64,000 nt of DNA from Clostridia bacterium (GCA_036635835.1 JAVWPP010000002.1:4990-68989), one strand, 5' to 3'. Counted from the stretch's first letter, positions 9,587 to 19,903 are shown. The notes: a model not told the origin generated them from the sequence alone. Translations and numbers: made by a program.

Positions 9587-10177
9587 ATGTACGCATATTT
9601 TAAAGGCAAAGTAGAAGAAAAAGGGAAAAACTATATTATTTTAGATAATAATAACATAGGGTATTTAATATTAATGACAATATCAGACATAGAAAAATTA
9701 GAAATAGGAAATACTACAAAAGTATATACATACTTAAATGTAAAAGAGGATGAAATGAGTTTGCATGGATTCCTTACTCCGGAAAAACTAACAGTATTTA
9801 AAAAACTAATAGAAGTAAGCGGTGTAGGGCCAAGAGTAGGCAAAAATATTTTAGACCAATTAACATCAGAAGAAGTATGCGTGGCAATAGCAACTTCAGA
9901 TATTAAGACATTAGTTAAAGTATCAGGTGTAGGAAATAAAATGGCGCAAAGAATAATTTTAGAATTAAAGGACAAAATAAGTAATGAGCAGATAATAGAT
10001 ACAAAAACTAAAGAAAAAAATAGCAAATCAAAAGATGAAAAAGAAGCGACAATTGCTTTACAAGTATTAGGATATACGCAAAAACAAGCAGAAGAAGCCG
10101 TAGATTTTGCAACTAAAACAGAAAGTAAGCTAGAAAGTATAATAAAAGTAGCATTAAAGTATTCAACTAAATTATAG
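9587..10177 (+). CDS. ruvA: Holliday junction DNA helicase RuvA
   Basis: MYAYFKGKV start, two helix-hairpin-helix GVGP/GVG motifs (VSGVGPRVG, VSGVGNKMAQRI) and a C-terminal LGYTQKQAEEAV. ATG at 9587 follows gaggtg. The track ORF begins at GTG 9578. Confidence 0.85.
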   Translation: MYAYFKGKVEEKGKNYIILDNNNIGYLILMTISDIEKLEIGNTTKVYTYLNVKEDEMSLHGFLTPEKLTVFKKLIEVSGVGPRVGKNILDQLTSEEVCVAIATSDIKTLVKVSGVGNKMAQRIILELKDKISNEQIIDTKTKEKNSKSKDEKEATIALQVLGYTQKQAEEAVDFATKTESKLESIIKVALKYSTKL

Positions 10178-10235
10178 TTATTGCAAAAACAGCATTTTTG
10201 TTATATAATAAGCATAAATATGAGGGGGAACTTGA

Positions 10236-11297
10236 ATGCCAGTTTTAGATTTAAACGATAAGTTACAAGTAGAAAAATATAAAAAATTTGTTGATAATAG
10301 AAGAAAAACATCACTATTACAAAGTGTAGAATGGAAACAATTAAAAAAAGATTGGAAACAAGAAATAGTATATTTAGAACAAGAAAATGAAATTGTTGCA
10401 GGACTAACTTTACTAATTAGAAAAATGCCACTTTTAAATACACATATAATGTATGCACCTAGAGGCCCAGTTGCAGATGTTTCAGATATAGAAATGGTTA
10501 AAAAATTAATTGAAGAAGCAGAGCCAATAAGAAAAAAATACAACGCATGTGTTTTGAGATTTGATCCTGAAATACCAATGAATAAAGAAATACAAGAAAT
10601 GTACGAAAAAGAAGGATTCGTTGTTAGAAATGAAGGAGTTGATATGGTTGATATAATACAACCAAGATTCAACATGATTCTTAATATGGAAGGTAAAGAT
10701 GAAGAAACTTTAATGAAAAACTTTGCTGAAAAAACAAGATATAATATAAGACTTTCAGGAAGAAAAGGCGTAACAGTAAGACATAGTAGAAGTATTGAGG
10801 ATTTAAAAACTTTTTGCTCAATTCAAGAGATAACTGGAAAAAGAGATGGTTTCTTAATAAGACCTAATAGTTATTTCGAAAAAATGTTAGAAATATATGA
10901 TGAAAATGTAATGAGAATATATTTAGCAGAACATGAAGGAGATGTCCTTTCAGCAGCACTTGCAATGAACTATGGCGGAAAAATGTGGTACATGTATGGT
11001 GCAAGCAGCAATGTTAAAAGAAACTTAATGCCAAATTATGCAATGCAATGGGCAATGATTAAATGGGGAATAGAGCAAGGTTGCAGCGAATACGATTTTG
11101 GTGGAGTATATAAAATAAATATAAACGATGGACTCTATAAATTCAAATCTGGATTTTGCAAAAGCGATGGAGAAACAGCGTTTATTGGAGAAATAGATAA
11201 AGTATACAATAAATTTAATTACTTTGTATTTGTAAAAATGATACCAATATTTAAAAAAGTAAGAATGTTTTTTATGAAAACATTTAAAAAAGTATAA
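10236..11297 (+). CDS. FemAB-family peptidoglycan interpeptide-bridge aminoacyltransferase
   Basis: KTRYNIRLSGRKGVTV and the overall FemX-like layout, about 350 aa. Confidence 0.6.
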   Translation: MPVLDLNDKLQVEKYKKFVDNRRKTSLLQSVEWKQLKKDWKQEIVYLEQENEIVAGLTLLIRKMPLLNTHIMYAPRGPVADVSDIEMVKKLIEEAEPIRKKYNACVLRFDPEIPMNKEIQEMYEKEGFVVRNEGVDMVDIIQPRFNMILNMEGKDEETLMKNFAEKTRYNIRLSGRKGVTVRHSRSIEDLKTFCSIQEITGKRDGFLIRPNSYFEKMLEIYDENVMRIYLAEHEGDVLSAALAMNYGGKMWYMYGASSNVKRNLMPNYAMQWAMIKWGIEQGCSEYDFGGVYKININDGLYKFKSGFCKSDGETAFIGEIDKVYNKFNYFVFVKMIPIFKKVRMFFMKTFKKV

Positions 11298-11425
11298 TAT
11301 ATAAATTAAAAATACATAATAGAATAGTCATAACAAAATGACTATTTTTTTATGCCAAATTTAGCGTATGTATAGACAGCAAAATATAAATATGATAAAA
11401 TCAAAGTGGAGAGGTATATGAAAAA

Positions 11426-12193
11426 ATGATAGAATTTAAAAACGTAACAAAACAATATGATCATGGTGTTACCGCACTAGATAGCATTAATATAAAAATA
11501 GAAAAAGGTGAGTTCGTATTTTTTGTAGGGCCATCAGGTTCTGGAAAATCTACTTTGCTAAAATTAATAATAAAAGAAGAAGACCCAACTCGAGGAACAG
11601 TTATAGTCAACGCAAACGATCTAACAAATATGAAAGACAAAAACATACCATTTTTAAGAAGAAATATAGGATTTGTGTTTCAAGATTTTAGATTAATATA
11701 TGATAGAACAGTATATGAAAATATAGCATTTGCACTTCATGTAATTGAAGCAAAAGAAAGTGATATAACAAAAAAAGTAAGAGAAGTTTTAGAATTAGTA
11801 GGACTTAGTACAAAAGCTTATGCATTTCCAAATCAGCTTTCAGGTGGAGAGCAGCAAAGAGTTTCATTAGCAAGAGCAATTGTAACAAACCCACCTATTG
11901 TAATAGCAGATGAACCTACAGGAAATCTTGATTCGGATACGGCTGTGGATATCATGAATAGATTATATGATTTAAACAGCAAAGGCACAACAGTTATTGT
12001 TGTAAGCCATGATAGAGATATGATTACAAAGTCTGGAATGAGAGTTATACAAATGAATAAAGGCAAAGTAATAGCAGATGAAAAAATGACAAGAAGTGTA
12101 ACTGAAAATGTAAATGTGAATATAAAAACAGAAGCTAACAATCAAGACAAACCTTATAGCAGTCGTAGAATGAACATGGGAGGTGGTTTTTAA
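11426..12193 (+). CDS. ftsE: cell-division ABC transporter ATP-binding protein FtsE
   Basis: Walker A GPSGSGKST, signature LSGGEQQR, Walker B IVIADE. Confidence 0.85.
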   Translation: MIEFKNVTKQYDHGVTALDSINIKIEKGEFVFFVGPSGSGKSTLLKLIIKEEDPTRGTVIVNANDLTNMKDKNIPFLRRNIGFVFQDFRLIYDRTVYENIAFALHVIEAKESDITKKVREVLELVGLSTKAYAFPNQLSGGEQQRVSLARAIVTNPPIVIADEPTGNLDSDTAVDIMNRLYDLNSKGTTVIVVSHDRDMITKSGMRVIQMNKGKVIADEKMTRSVTENVNVNIKTEANNQDKPYSSRRMNMGGGF

Positions 12194-13089
12194 TGAGTAG
12201 TGCAAAATATTTATTTACAGAAGGTGTAACAAACATTAAAAAACATGGTTCAAAATCTGTATCAACACTATTTGTAATAGGTGCAACAATGCTTATACTT
12301 GGGCTATTTATCTTAATGTATTCTAATGTAAATTATTTAATGAATACTATAGAGAATGAACAAGGATTACAAGCATTTATAAAAGATGATCTAACATCTA
12401 ACAATAGAATAGATACAATTAAAAATCAAATAGAAAAAATAAAAGGTGTTTTAAATGTCGAATACATGGACAAAGAAGCAGCTTTTCAAGACGCAAAAAA
12501 TATGTTTAAAGGGCAAGAATATTTATTAGACGGCCTATTAGATAAATCAAATATATTTCCAGCTTCATTTATAGTAAAAATCGGAGATTTAACACAATCT
12601 AAAAATATAGAAAAAGCATTAAGTGAAATAGATGGAATATATAAAGTTAGATATAGCGAAACAACTATACAGTCAATTATGTCTATTTCACAAGTAACAA
12701 ATATAGTATTAGTAGGCTTAGGAAGTGTTATGCTTATTGTTTCAATATTTATAATTTCAAATACAATTAAACTTGCATTAAACTCAAATCAAAGAGAAAT
12801 ATTTATAATGAGATACATAGGAGCAACTAATAAATTTATAAGAACTCCATTTGTTATAGAAGGTGTATTCTTAGGGCTTTTAGGAGCATTTACATCATGG
12901 GTTATAGTATCGCTTATATATATAACTTTATATGCAAAATTACCGCAAGTATCATCTGCTATAGGAACATATGGATTAATACCATACTCTAAATTATGGT
13001 ATTCAGTATTAGGAATTAACCTATTATTAGGATTCTTAGTGGGATACATAGGAAGTAAAGTTTCAATTAAAAAATATTTAAAAGCGTAG
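12193..13089 (+). CDS. ftsX: cell-division ABC permease-like protein FtsX
   Basis: Start overlaps the ftsE stop. One TM, an extracellular domain, then three C-terminal TMs. FtsX topology. Confidence 0.8.
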   Translation: MSSAKYLFTEGVTNIKKHGSKSVSTLFVIGATMLILGLFILMYSNVNYLMNTIENEQGLQAFIKDDLTSNNRIDTIKNQIEKIKGVLNVEYMDKEAAFQDAKNMFKGQEYLLDGLLDKSNIFPASFIVKIGDLTQSKNIEKALSEIDGIYKVRYSETTIQSIMSISQVTNIVLVGLGSVMLIVSIFIISNTIKLALNSNQREIFIMRYIGATNKFIRTPFVIEGVFLGLLGAFTSWVIVSLIYITLYAKLPQVSSAIGTYGLIPYSKLWYSVLGINLLLGFLVGYIGSKVSIKKYLKA

Positions 13090-13118
13090 AGATACAAATA
13101 TTTAGAAGGAGAAAATAT

Positions 13119-14297
13119 ATGAAAAAAGTATTTAAAAATGTGATTTTGTTAGTGGTTATATTAATTACTTTTAACTTAAATAATGTTTTTGCAAAAAGCG
13201 TAACAGATTATCAAAAAGACATAGAAGCATATCAAAAAAATATAGATAATGTAAAAAAACAATTGGAAAACAATCAGAATAAGCTTGGAGGAATTGAAAG
13301 AGAAGTTAATTCATTAAGAATTGAATTATTAGATTTAAATTCTCAAATAGAAGTACAAAATACAAGTTTAGAAAAATTAGTAGCTGAATCAGATTCTGTA
13401 AAAAGTAGTATGGAAGCTAACCAAAAATTAATTAGCAACGCTACTGACAAACAAGAAGGTGCAGAAGATTTGCTTCAAATAAGGCTTAGAGCAATTTATG
13501 AAAATGGTGCAACAGATCCGTGGGAACTATTATTTTCTTCTTCAAGTATAATGCAGTATTTTGAAAAGAAAAAAGTAATTGCTGCAATAACTGAGCATGA
13601 TAAGAATTTAATAGATTCTGTTTCAAATCAAAAAGAGTATTTAAATGGAATACAAAAAGAAATAGAGCTTCAAAAAATTAAACTAGATCAAATAACTTTT
13701 GATAAAGAAAAAACAGCAGAAGCTTTAAAAACATCTAAAAACGTAATGGAATCAAGAACAGTACAACTAAATTCAAACAAGCAGATGATTAATTCATTAA
13801 ACGCTACATTACAAAAAGAAGAACAAGCTTTAAGTGAAAAACTAGCTGCTGAAATAATAAAACTACAACAAGAGTCAGGCAATATAGTAAGTGAAAAAGG
13901 TTTTGTATGGCCTTTTCCAACATGGAGAAGTGTATTCTGTGGATTTAATGGATATCCAGGACATACAGGTATAGATATTTCACCTAGCAAATCGCTACAA
14001 AATAAATCTATAGTTGCTGCAAAATCAGGTAAAGTTATCAGAGCAGTATCAGGAAAAGGCAATACATATCCTTGGAGTTATGATTATGGAAATTATATAA
14101 TAATAGATCATGGTAACGGCGAAAGTACTCTATATGGCCATTTATCCTCTCTTAATGTATCAAGTGGACAATTTGTTGTACAAGGACAAAAAATAGGTGT
14201 ATGTGGAAATACTGGCTATTCAACAGGCTTACATCTACATTTCGAAGTGAGAATAGGTGGAAGACCTAAAAACCCATTAAATTATGTTAAATACTAA
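13119..14297 (+). CDS. coiled-coil M23 metallopeptidase (EnvC/PcsB-like)
   Basis: Signal peptide, long coiled coil, M23 motifs HTGIDI and GLHLHFEV. Confidence 0.8.
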   Translation: MKKVFKNVILLVVILITFNLNNVFAKSVTDYQKDIEAYQKNIDNVKKQLENNQNKLGGIEREVNSLRIELLDLNSQIEVQNTSLEKLVAESDSVKSSMEANQKLISNATDKQEGAEDLLQIRLRAIYENGATDPWELLFSSSSIMQYFEKKKVIAAITEHDKNLIDSVSNQKEYLNGIQKEIELQKIKLDQITFDKEKTAEALKTSKNVMESRTVQLNSNKQMINSLNATLQKEEQALSEKLAAEIIKLQQESGNIVSEKGFVWPFPTWRSVFCGFNGYPGHTGIDISPSKSLQNKSIVAAKSGKVIRAVSGKGNTYPWSYDYGNYIIIDHGNGESTLYGHLSSLNVSSGQFVVQGQKIGVCGNTGYSTGLHLHFEVRIGGRPKNPLNYVKY

Positions 14298-14367
14298 ATA
14301 GTTTATGCATAAAACAAAGAAATAAATTATGTAAGTAATTAAATATAAAATTATAACGGAGGAGTAT

Positions 14368-15579
14368 ATGAAATTAAAAAATAAAATGAAAACAAGTATG
14401 TTAACTATAATTCTAATTATTTTTTCTTCTACCGTAGTGCTTGCAAACCAACAGCCTAAAAGCTTTGAAGCTGAATTAGAAAAAGTAAAGACTAAACTTG
14501 AAAAAAACAATTCAAAACTAGAGGGCGTAGACAGAGAAATAAATGCATTGCTAATACAAATTTGTGATTTAGATGTGCAAATAGCTAAAATAGATTCTCA
14601 AAATGAAAAAATAGATGTTAAAGCAGAGGAAACTAAAAAAGAGATCGTAGTAAATAATGAAAAAATAACTAAGCTAGACGAAATAGTAAAAACAGACACA
14701 TTATATTATGAGCAAAGATTAAGGAGTATTTACGAAAACGGTGCTGTTAATTTTCTAGATATAATGTTTACTTCTAAGAATTTTGTAGATTATATAAAAA
14801 AATATAACATATTAGTAGCAATTATAGAAGAGGACAAAAGAACCTATGTTAATATAAATACTAAACAAGAGCAAGTAGAAAAAGCTAAAAAAAATATTGA
14901 AATTAAGAATTTGCAATTAGATCAATTAAAAGAAGAAAAACAAGCTACAACAAATGAACTAGTAAAGCAAAGAGATATAAGAAAAAGATATATTGATGAT
15001 TTAGAAGCAAATAAAGAAAAGCTAGCAATTCAAAATAAATTATTAGTTAAACAAGAAGATGAATTGAATGCTGAAATAACAAACGAATTATTAAAACTTC
15101 TTGCAGAAGTAAGGCGTAATGACCCAACAATAATAGCAGGAACTCCTAATGCTGCTGGCTTTACGTGGCCAGTTCCAGCAGGCGGCGTTGTAACTGCAGG
15201 TTTTCCAACATATCCTGCAACATTTGGTGGTGGAAAACATGATGGCTTGGATATTGCACCAACAGCAACTATGTCTAGAGCTGTTGTTGCATGTAAAGGC
15301 GGAAAAGTAATAAAAGCTGTTACAGATAGACCACAAAATACATATCCGTATTCAATGCAATATGGTAATCACATTGTACTGTTACACGAAGATGGTGTTA
15401 CAACGTCTCTATATGGGCATTTAGCATCTGCAAATGTACAATTAGGAGATACAGTAACAGTAGGACAGCAAATAGGTGTAATAGGAAGTAGCGGATATTC
15501 TACAGGTGCGCATTTACATTTCGAAATAAGAATAAATGGAATAGCGCAAAATCCTTTATCATATATTACAAAGCCTTAA
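14368..15579 (+). CDS. coiled-coil M23 metallopeptidase, paralogue of the preceding gene
   Basis: Same architecture. M23 motifs KHDGLDIA and GAHLHFEI. Confidence 0.8.
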   Translation: MKLKNKMKTSMLTIILIIFSSTVVLANQQPKSFEAELEKVKTKLEKNNSKLEGVDREINALLIQICDLDVQIAKIDSQNEKIDVKAEETKKEIVVNNEKITKLDEIVKTDTLYYEQRLRSIYENGAVNFLDIMFTSKNFVDYIKKYNILVAIIEEDKRTYVNINTKQEQVEKAKKNIEIKNLQLDQLKEEKQATTNELVKQRDIRKRYIDDLEANKEKLAIQNKLLVKQEDELNAEITNELLKLLAEVRRNDPTIIAGTPNAAGFTWPVPAGGVVTAGFPTYPATFGGGKHDGLDIAPTATMSRAVVACKGGKVIKAVTDRPQNTYPYSMQYGNHIVLLHEDGVTTSLYGHLASANVQLGDTVTVGQQIGVIGSSGYSTGAHLHFEIRINGIAQNPLSYITKP

Positions 15580-15661
15580 AATAAAGAAATATAAAGAGTT
15601 TATGTATTAGTACATAAACTTTTTTTGTCGAAATTTGAATAACGGTTTTTTCTTTTTTTCA

Positions 15662-15690
15662 TTGACTTTGAATAATCACGGTGTTAGAAT
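15662..15690 (+). promoter_or_regulatory. sigma-A-type promoter candidate for the pilus-like operon
   Basis: TTGACT, 17-nt spacer, TAGAAT, about 25 nt upstream of the RBS aaggagg. Confidence 0.45.
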
Positions 15691-15714
15691 AGTGCAAGCA
15701 AAGGAGGAAAGACA

Positions 15715-16503
15715 ATGATAATGATAGTAGTTTTAATATTGTCTATAAGTTTAATCAGTTTATACAATACCCTAAGTATAAAAAAACAATTTTATAGCGA
15801 TCAAAAAACCAATAAATTTTACAAATCTAAATTTTTAAAAAAATTAAATGTCGGTTTAGGCCTGTGTAGCATAACGAAAAAAATAAGTTTAAAGACGTAT
15901 GTTACATTCAAAGTATTTTTATCAATAATATTTTCACTAATATTTTATATTAATTCACAAAGTTTAGCACAAACATTTTGTTACTGGGCATTAATATTTT
16001 TCATAATTGATATATATCTAATAGTTCGTGTAAAAGATGAAAATAATAATATTGTTAATACTATATATAATATAAGTGAAATTTTTTATCAGCTTTTAGA
16101 AGCAGAAGTTCCATATAAAGATGTCTTGGAAATTGTTATAGATGTTATAGATAACAAAAAGTTTAAATATGAGTTCACAGAATTTGTATTTAAATATAAA
16201 AGACAAGGATATAATTTAGAACTTGCTTCAAAATCAATTTTATCAATTTACGATAGTGATGAATTAAACCGTTTTATCGAAACTTTAAAATGTAGTTTTA
16301 CAGAAGAAACTCTAAAAGAAAATCTCAAAGATTTTTTATCACAATTGGCATACCGAAAAATGAACTATTTTAAGTCTATGATAGCTAAGAAAAGAGTTAC
16401 TGTAATGATTTCTATTCTTATGATTTTAGTAAGTATAATGAGCATTATAACTTATCCAATAATAATAGAACTAACTAATAGTATCAGTACTATCTTTTGC
16501 TAG
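15715..16503 (+). CDS. TadB/TadC (GspF/T2SSF-domain)-like inner-membrane platform protein
   Basis: TM helices at both ends flank a roughly 120-aa helical cytoplasmic segment (ISEIFYQLLEAEVPYKDVLEIV...LSQLAY). Confidence 0.45.
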   Translation: MIMIVVLILSISLISLYNTLSIKKQFYSDQKTNKFYKSKFLKKLNVGLGLCSITKKISLKTYVTFKVFLSIIFSLIFYINSQSLAQTFCYWALIFFIIDIYLIVRVKDENNNIVNTIYNISEIFYQLLEAEVPYKDVLEIVIDVIDNKKFKYEFTEFVFKYKRQGYNLELASKSILSIYDSDELNRFIETLKCSFTEETLKENLKDFLSQLAYRKMNYFKSMIAKKRVTVMISILMILVSIMSIITYPIIIELTNSISTIFC

Positions 16504-16516
16504 AAAGGAGCACCAA

Positions 16517-16735
16517 ATGAATAATAAAAAAGTAAGCAAAAATGAAAACAAAAAATTAAAAAAGAGAGGATCTGAAGTGATACAGTTTGTTTTACTAACT
16601 GTTATTTCATCAATTGTTATCATAGCAATTGTATATCCTACATTTAGAAATCTAACAGCTGCTACAAGTGGAAAATTAGAAATGTGGTTTAACGAGACAA
16701 TTGAAACAATAATGCCCAATGCTTTAGAATGTTAA
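16517..16735 (+). CDS. Flp/Fap-family pilin-like protein
   Basis: 72 aa. Basic leader ending KKRG, then SEVIQFVLLTVISSIVIIAIV, compared with the Flp motif G/xTAIEYGLI. Confidence 0.4.
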   Translation: MNNKKVSKNENKKLKKRGSEVIQFVLLTVISSIVIIAIVYPTFRNLTAATSGKLEMWFNETIETIMPNALEC

Positions 16736-16739
16736 TTAA

Positions 16740-17402
16740 ATGAGAAAGGATAAGAAAATAATTATAATTTGTGTTTTATCTATAATTTTGTATATATTTA
16801 TTACCTATATAATAGGCTTGGTATCAGTAAATAAAAGTCAATTTGCAGAGATATATATGTTAAAAAATGATGTTATTAGAGGCCAAAAAATAAATGAATC
16901 AAGCATAAATAAAATTAGTGTATACAAAAAAGATATAAAAGTAATACCTAATATGGACTATACAGTTTCTAATAAAGTATCAAAAGAAAATCTTAAAAAA
17001 GGACAAATTTTAGATAAAAATATGTTTATTGAAGAGAAAGATTATTTAAAAAGCTCTAGTAACAAGGAGTTAATATCTATATCAATTAAAGAAGCTAGTG
17101 ATGTTTCAGGATATTTAATTAAGAAAGATAGCATTGTTAATATGTATGTTACAGCTAAAAGTAAATATGTAGAGGATATTGTAAATTCAAAAAAAATACT
17201 CAAAACTGAATCGGGTTTTTCAACTATTGAACTACTTAAAGATATCAAAATCATAAAGGTTATTGATAAAAACGGAGTTGAAGTTACTAGCGGTGATAAT
17301 AAAATTTATGATGAAGTTATTATAGAAGTTAATAAAGAAGATGCTATTTTATTAAATAATTTAAAAAGTTATAGTGAATTTTCTTTTACATTAGTGAGAT
17401 AA
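16740..17402 (+). CDS. CpaB/RcpC-like pilus assembly protein (SAF plus beta-clip pattern)
   Basis: N-terminal TM, SAF-like KENLKKGQILDKNMF, ISISIKEASDVSGYLIKKDSIVNMYVT and a terminal SFTLVR, matching the CpaB pattern. Confidence 0.55.
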   Translation: MRKDKKIIIICVLSIILYIFITYIIGLVSVNKSQFAEIYMLKNDVIRGQKINESSINKISVYKKDIKVIPNMDYTVSNKVSKENLKKGQILDKNMFIEEKDYLKSSSNKELISISIKEASDVSGYLIKKDSIVNMYVTAKSKYVEDIVNSKKILKTESGFSTIELLKDIKIIKVIDKNGVEVTSGDNKIYDEVIIEVNKEDAILLNNLKSYSEFSFTLVR

Positions 17403-17833
17403 TGAAAGTATGTTATTTAAGAAAAAAAGATGATATAGAATATGATCCAATAATTCTATCATTAAATATGTATATTAAAAATAAATTAATCGAAAAAATA
17501 GATGAACAATATTATTGTAAAGATGAAGTGAAAATAAAAGATCCGGTGGATGTATATATAATTTTTTCGGATAACTTCAGAACATTTTGCGAATTATACA
17601 ATCAAATTGAAGATAAAAGCAAAATAATGTTGTTTACAAATAATGCAGATGCTTCATTTATTATAATGTGTTTAAAATTCATAAAAAGTGTTGCATATCT
17701 AAGAATAAAGCCTATGTTTTGTGAAGCTTCTAATGAATACGAAAAATACAATCTAATAAATACAAAAAGATTAACTAAAAGTATATTAGGTTTTATAAAA
17801 AGTATAGAATATGAAGAAACACTTAAGGAATAA
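17402..17833 (+). CDS. stand-alone CheY-like receiver-domain protein
   Basis: KVCYLRKKDD (acidic pair after beta1), DVYIIFSDN (Asp at end of beta3), KIMLFTNN (Thr), AYLRIKP (Lys-Pro). Confidence 0.4.
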   Translation: MKVCYLRKKDDIEYDPIILSLNMYIKNKLIEKIDEQYYCKDEVKIKDPVDVYIIFSDNFRTFCELYNQIEDKSKIMLFTNNADASFIIMCLKFIKSVAYLRIKPMFCEASNEYEKYNLINTKRLTKSILGFIKSIEYEETLKE

Positions 17834-18347
17834 AATTATTATTGCTGCTGTAATAATAGGAGTAATAATAATAATCTTATTAGTTATGTTATCAAGAAAT
17901 AGTGTAAAATATGATAACAATCAAACTTCATATTTTGACATAAATACTTTGATAACAAATAGATATATAAAGGCTGAAAACAATTATGACTTAGTTATAA
18001 TAGGTAGTAATAAAAATGAAGTTGAAAATGGTTATTATGATGTAAAAATAATTAAAAATAAAGATAATTTAAAAATATATATAAATAAATTATGGAAAGA
18101 TAATATCAATTATACGTCCTTTGTTGATGAAGAATATATAGATCAAATATTTACCTTCATTGAAAAGGTCTATAAAAAACCAAATATCGCAGATTTTAAA
18201 ACAAAAACAATTATTAAAGAGACCTATACTGCGTATCAAAATAATAAAAAAGAAAATAAAATAAATGAAAATATGCAAAGTATTAAAAAAATCAAAAATA
18301 TCAAAATGGATTGTGAGGATGGTAAATTTCTAATAGAAATTACCTAA
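17811..18347 (+). CDS. membrane-anchored hypothetical protein
   Basis: N-terminal TM IIIAAVIIGVIIIILLVML. Overlaps the upstream gene by 23 nt. Confidence 0.5.
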   Translation: MKKHLRNKIIIAAVIIGVIIIILLVMLSRNSVKYDNNQTSYFDINTLITNRYIKAENNYDLVIIGSNKNEVENGYYDVKIIKNKDNLKIYINKLWKDNINYTSFVDEEYIDQIFTFIEKVYKKPNIADFKTKTIIKETYTAYQNNKKENKINENMQSIKKIKNIKMDCEDGKFLIEIT

Positions 18348-18352
18348 AAAAA

Positions 18353-19903
18353 ATGAGAATTATAGTTATATTAATAAGTTTATTTTTTACTAGTCACATA
18401 AGCGCAATGAGTTATGAGTTCGAGAAAATGATTAATATTGTAGGGATACCAAGGTATAACGTTCTAGGTCATGAATTAAATGAAGAATTGTATATTACAT
18501 ATAATCAATTTATCTATGCAAGTCCTACTCAAATTACAGGTAGACAAAGATGGAAAAATGTTAATGAAGGAAGATGGACAGAAGGCGGAGGTATGTGGCG
18601 AGGTTCAGGAAATAGAGGAGAGTATTATGCTATTGGAACAGATTATTCAGGAGTTGTAGTTCATAACTTTTATTTTCCTGTAGATCGTACACCTAAAATA
18701 CCACCACATGAATGGAATTATTGCAATTTTAACGGCGCGCTTAATTCATGGAATGATACGAGTAGATATAAATTTGCAGATCAATTAAGTCATATGAAAA
18801 ATACCAATATAATTTATGACAGAATTGATTACAATAATAATCATTGCAACCCATATGACTTGGTAGAATACCCAATAAACGCATTACAAATCAATTTAAA
18901 TAGATGTCAATTAGAATTAGCAGCAACATGGAATACAAATGGTGTTATTTTAATAAGAAGGTACATCGATGGAATATGGTGGGAAACCGTATTTCTAGTA
19001 AAACCAATGGCTGCAGATGTAAAACTAAATAGTGAAGTTAAATTTGATAAAAAACCGTTAACTTTAGATGAAAATACTAAAGAACTCTTTTTAGACGTTG
19101 AATTTGGCGCGAATGTTACTAACTATTCTGGTTATGCAAAAAAAGAGCATATAAAAGAGATTAAATCAGAGTTATATTTAGAAAATGAAAAACAAGATGA
19201 ATTATCAATTATTAAGAATGATAATGGCAGAAAAAAAGCAAGAATAAAAATAGATAGAAGTAAATTAGAAGTTGGAAAAGTAAATAGAGTTAAAATCAAG
19301 TCAAGTTCATACATGATTACTGAATTTTCAGCAGACGGTATGTACAAAGATGAAAATACTCAATATTTAGAGATAGATGTTAAGAAACTAAGGCCCCCAA
19401 ATCCCTTAGAAGATAAAGAAGTCAAAAGGCTTTATATAAATGGCGAAAATGAGTATTGCGTTTCAAATATTTTAAAACATGAAGATGTTCCTATTTTTCA
19501 AGGAGGACAATATATAGTTAATAAAATCACTTTTAGAGATAAAATACAAACTATAAAAGCAAACGATGACAGCAAGTTTTATAAAATTAATGAGAAACAA
19601 TATATAAATGTTAAAAAAATCCCTATAGATACAGACAGTACATTAGCTTCATATGAAGATTTGAGAAATGAATCTGGCAACTATTTTAGAATTAATACTG
19701 CCGAGATATTAAAACCCTTAAAAGACCCTTATACAGTTAAATTTGAGTATAAATATGAAGATTTTGATTATAACTGTTGTTATCAATTTAATGTAATAGG
19801 CAATATACTGAACAATTTCAATTATAATTTCACTTCAAAAAACCCTGAAAAATACAATAAGGAGAGTATATATAATTGGTTAAACATAAAAAAAGCGGAA
19901 TGA
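18353..19903 (+). CDS. secreted hypothetical protein (516 aa)
   Basis: Signal peptide MRIIVILISLFFTSHISA. No known motifs. Confidence 0.55.
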   Translation: MRIIVILISLFFTSHISAMSYEFEKMINIVGIPRYNVLGHELNEELYITYNQFIYASPTQITGRQRWKNVNEGRWTEGGGMWRGSGNRGEYYAIGTDYSGVVVHNFYFPVDRTPKIPPHEWNYCNFNGALNSWNDTSRYKFADQLSHMKNTNIIYDRIDYNNNHCNPYDLVEYPINALQINLNRCQLELAATWNTNGVILIRRYIDGIWWETVFLVKPMAADVKLNSEVKFDKKPLTLDENTKELFLDVEFGANVTNYSGYAKKEHIKEIKSELYLENEKQDELSIIKNDNGRKKARIKIDRSKLEVGKVNRVKIKSSSYMITEFSADGMYKDENTQYLEIDVKKLRPPNPLEDKEVKRLYINGENEYCVSNILKHEDVPIFQGGQYIVNKITFRDKIQTIKANDDSKFYKINEKQYINVKKIPIDTDSTLASYEDLRNESGNYFRINTAEILKPLKDPYTVKFEYKYEDFDYNCCYQFNVIGNILNNFNYNFTSKNPEKYNKESIYNWLNIKKAE

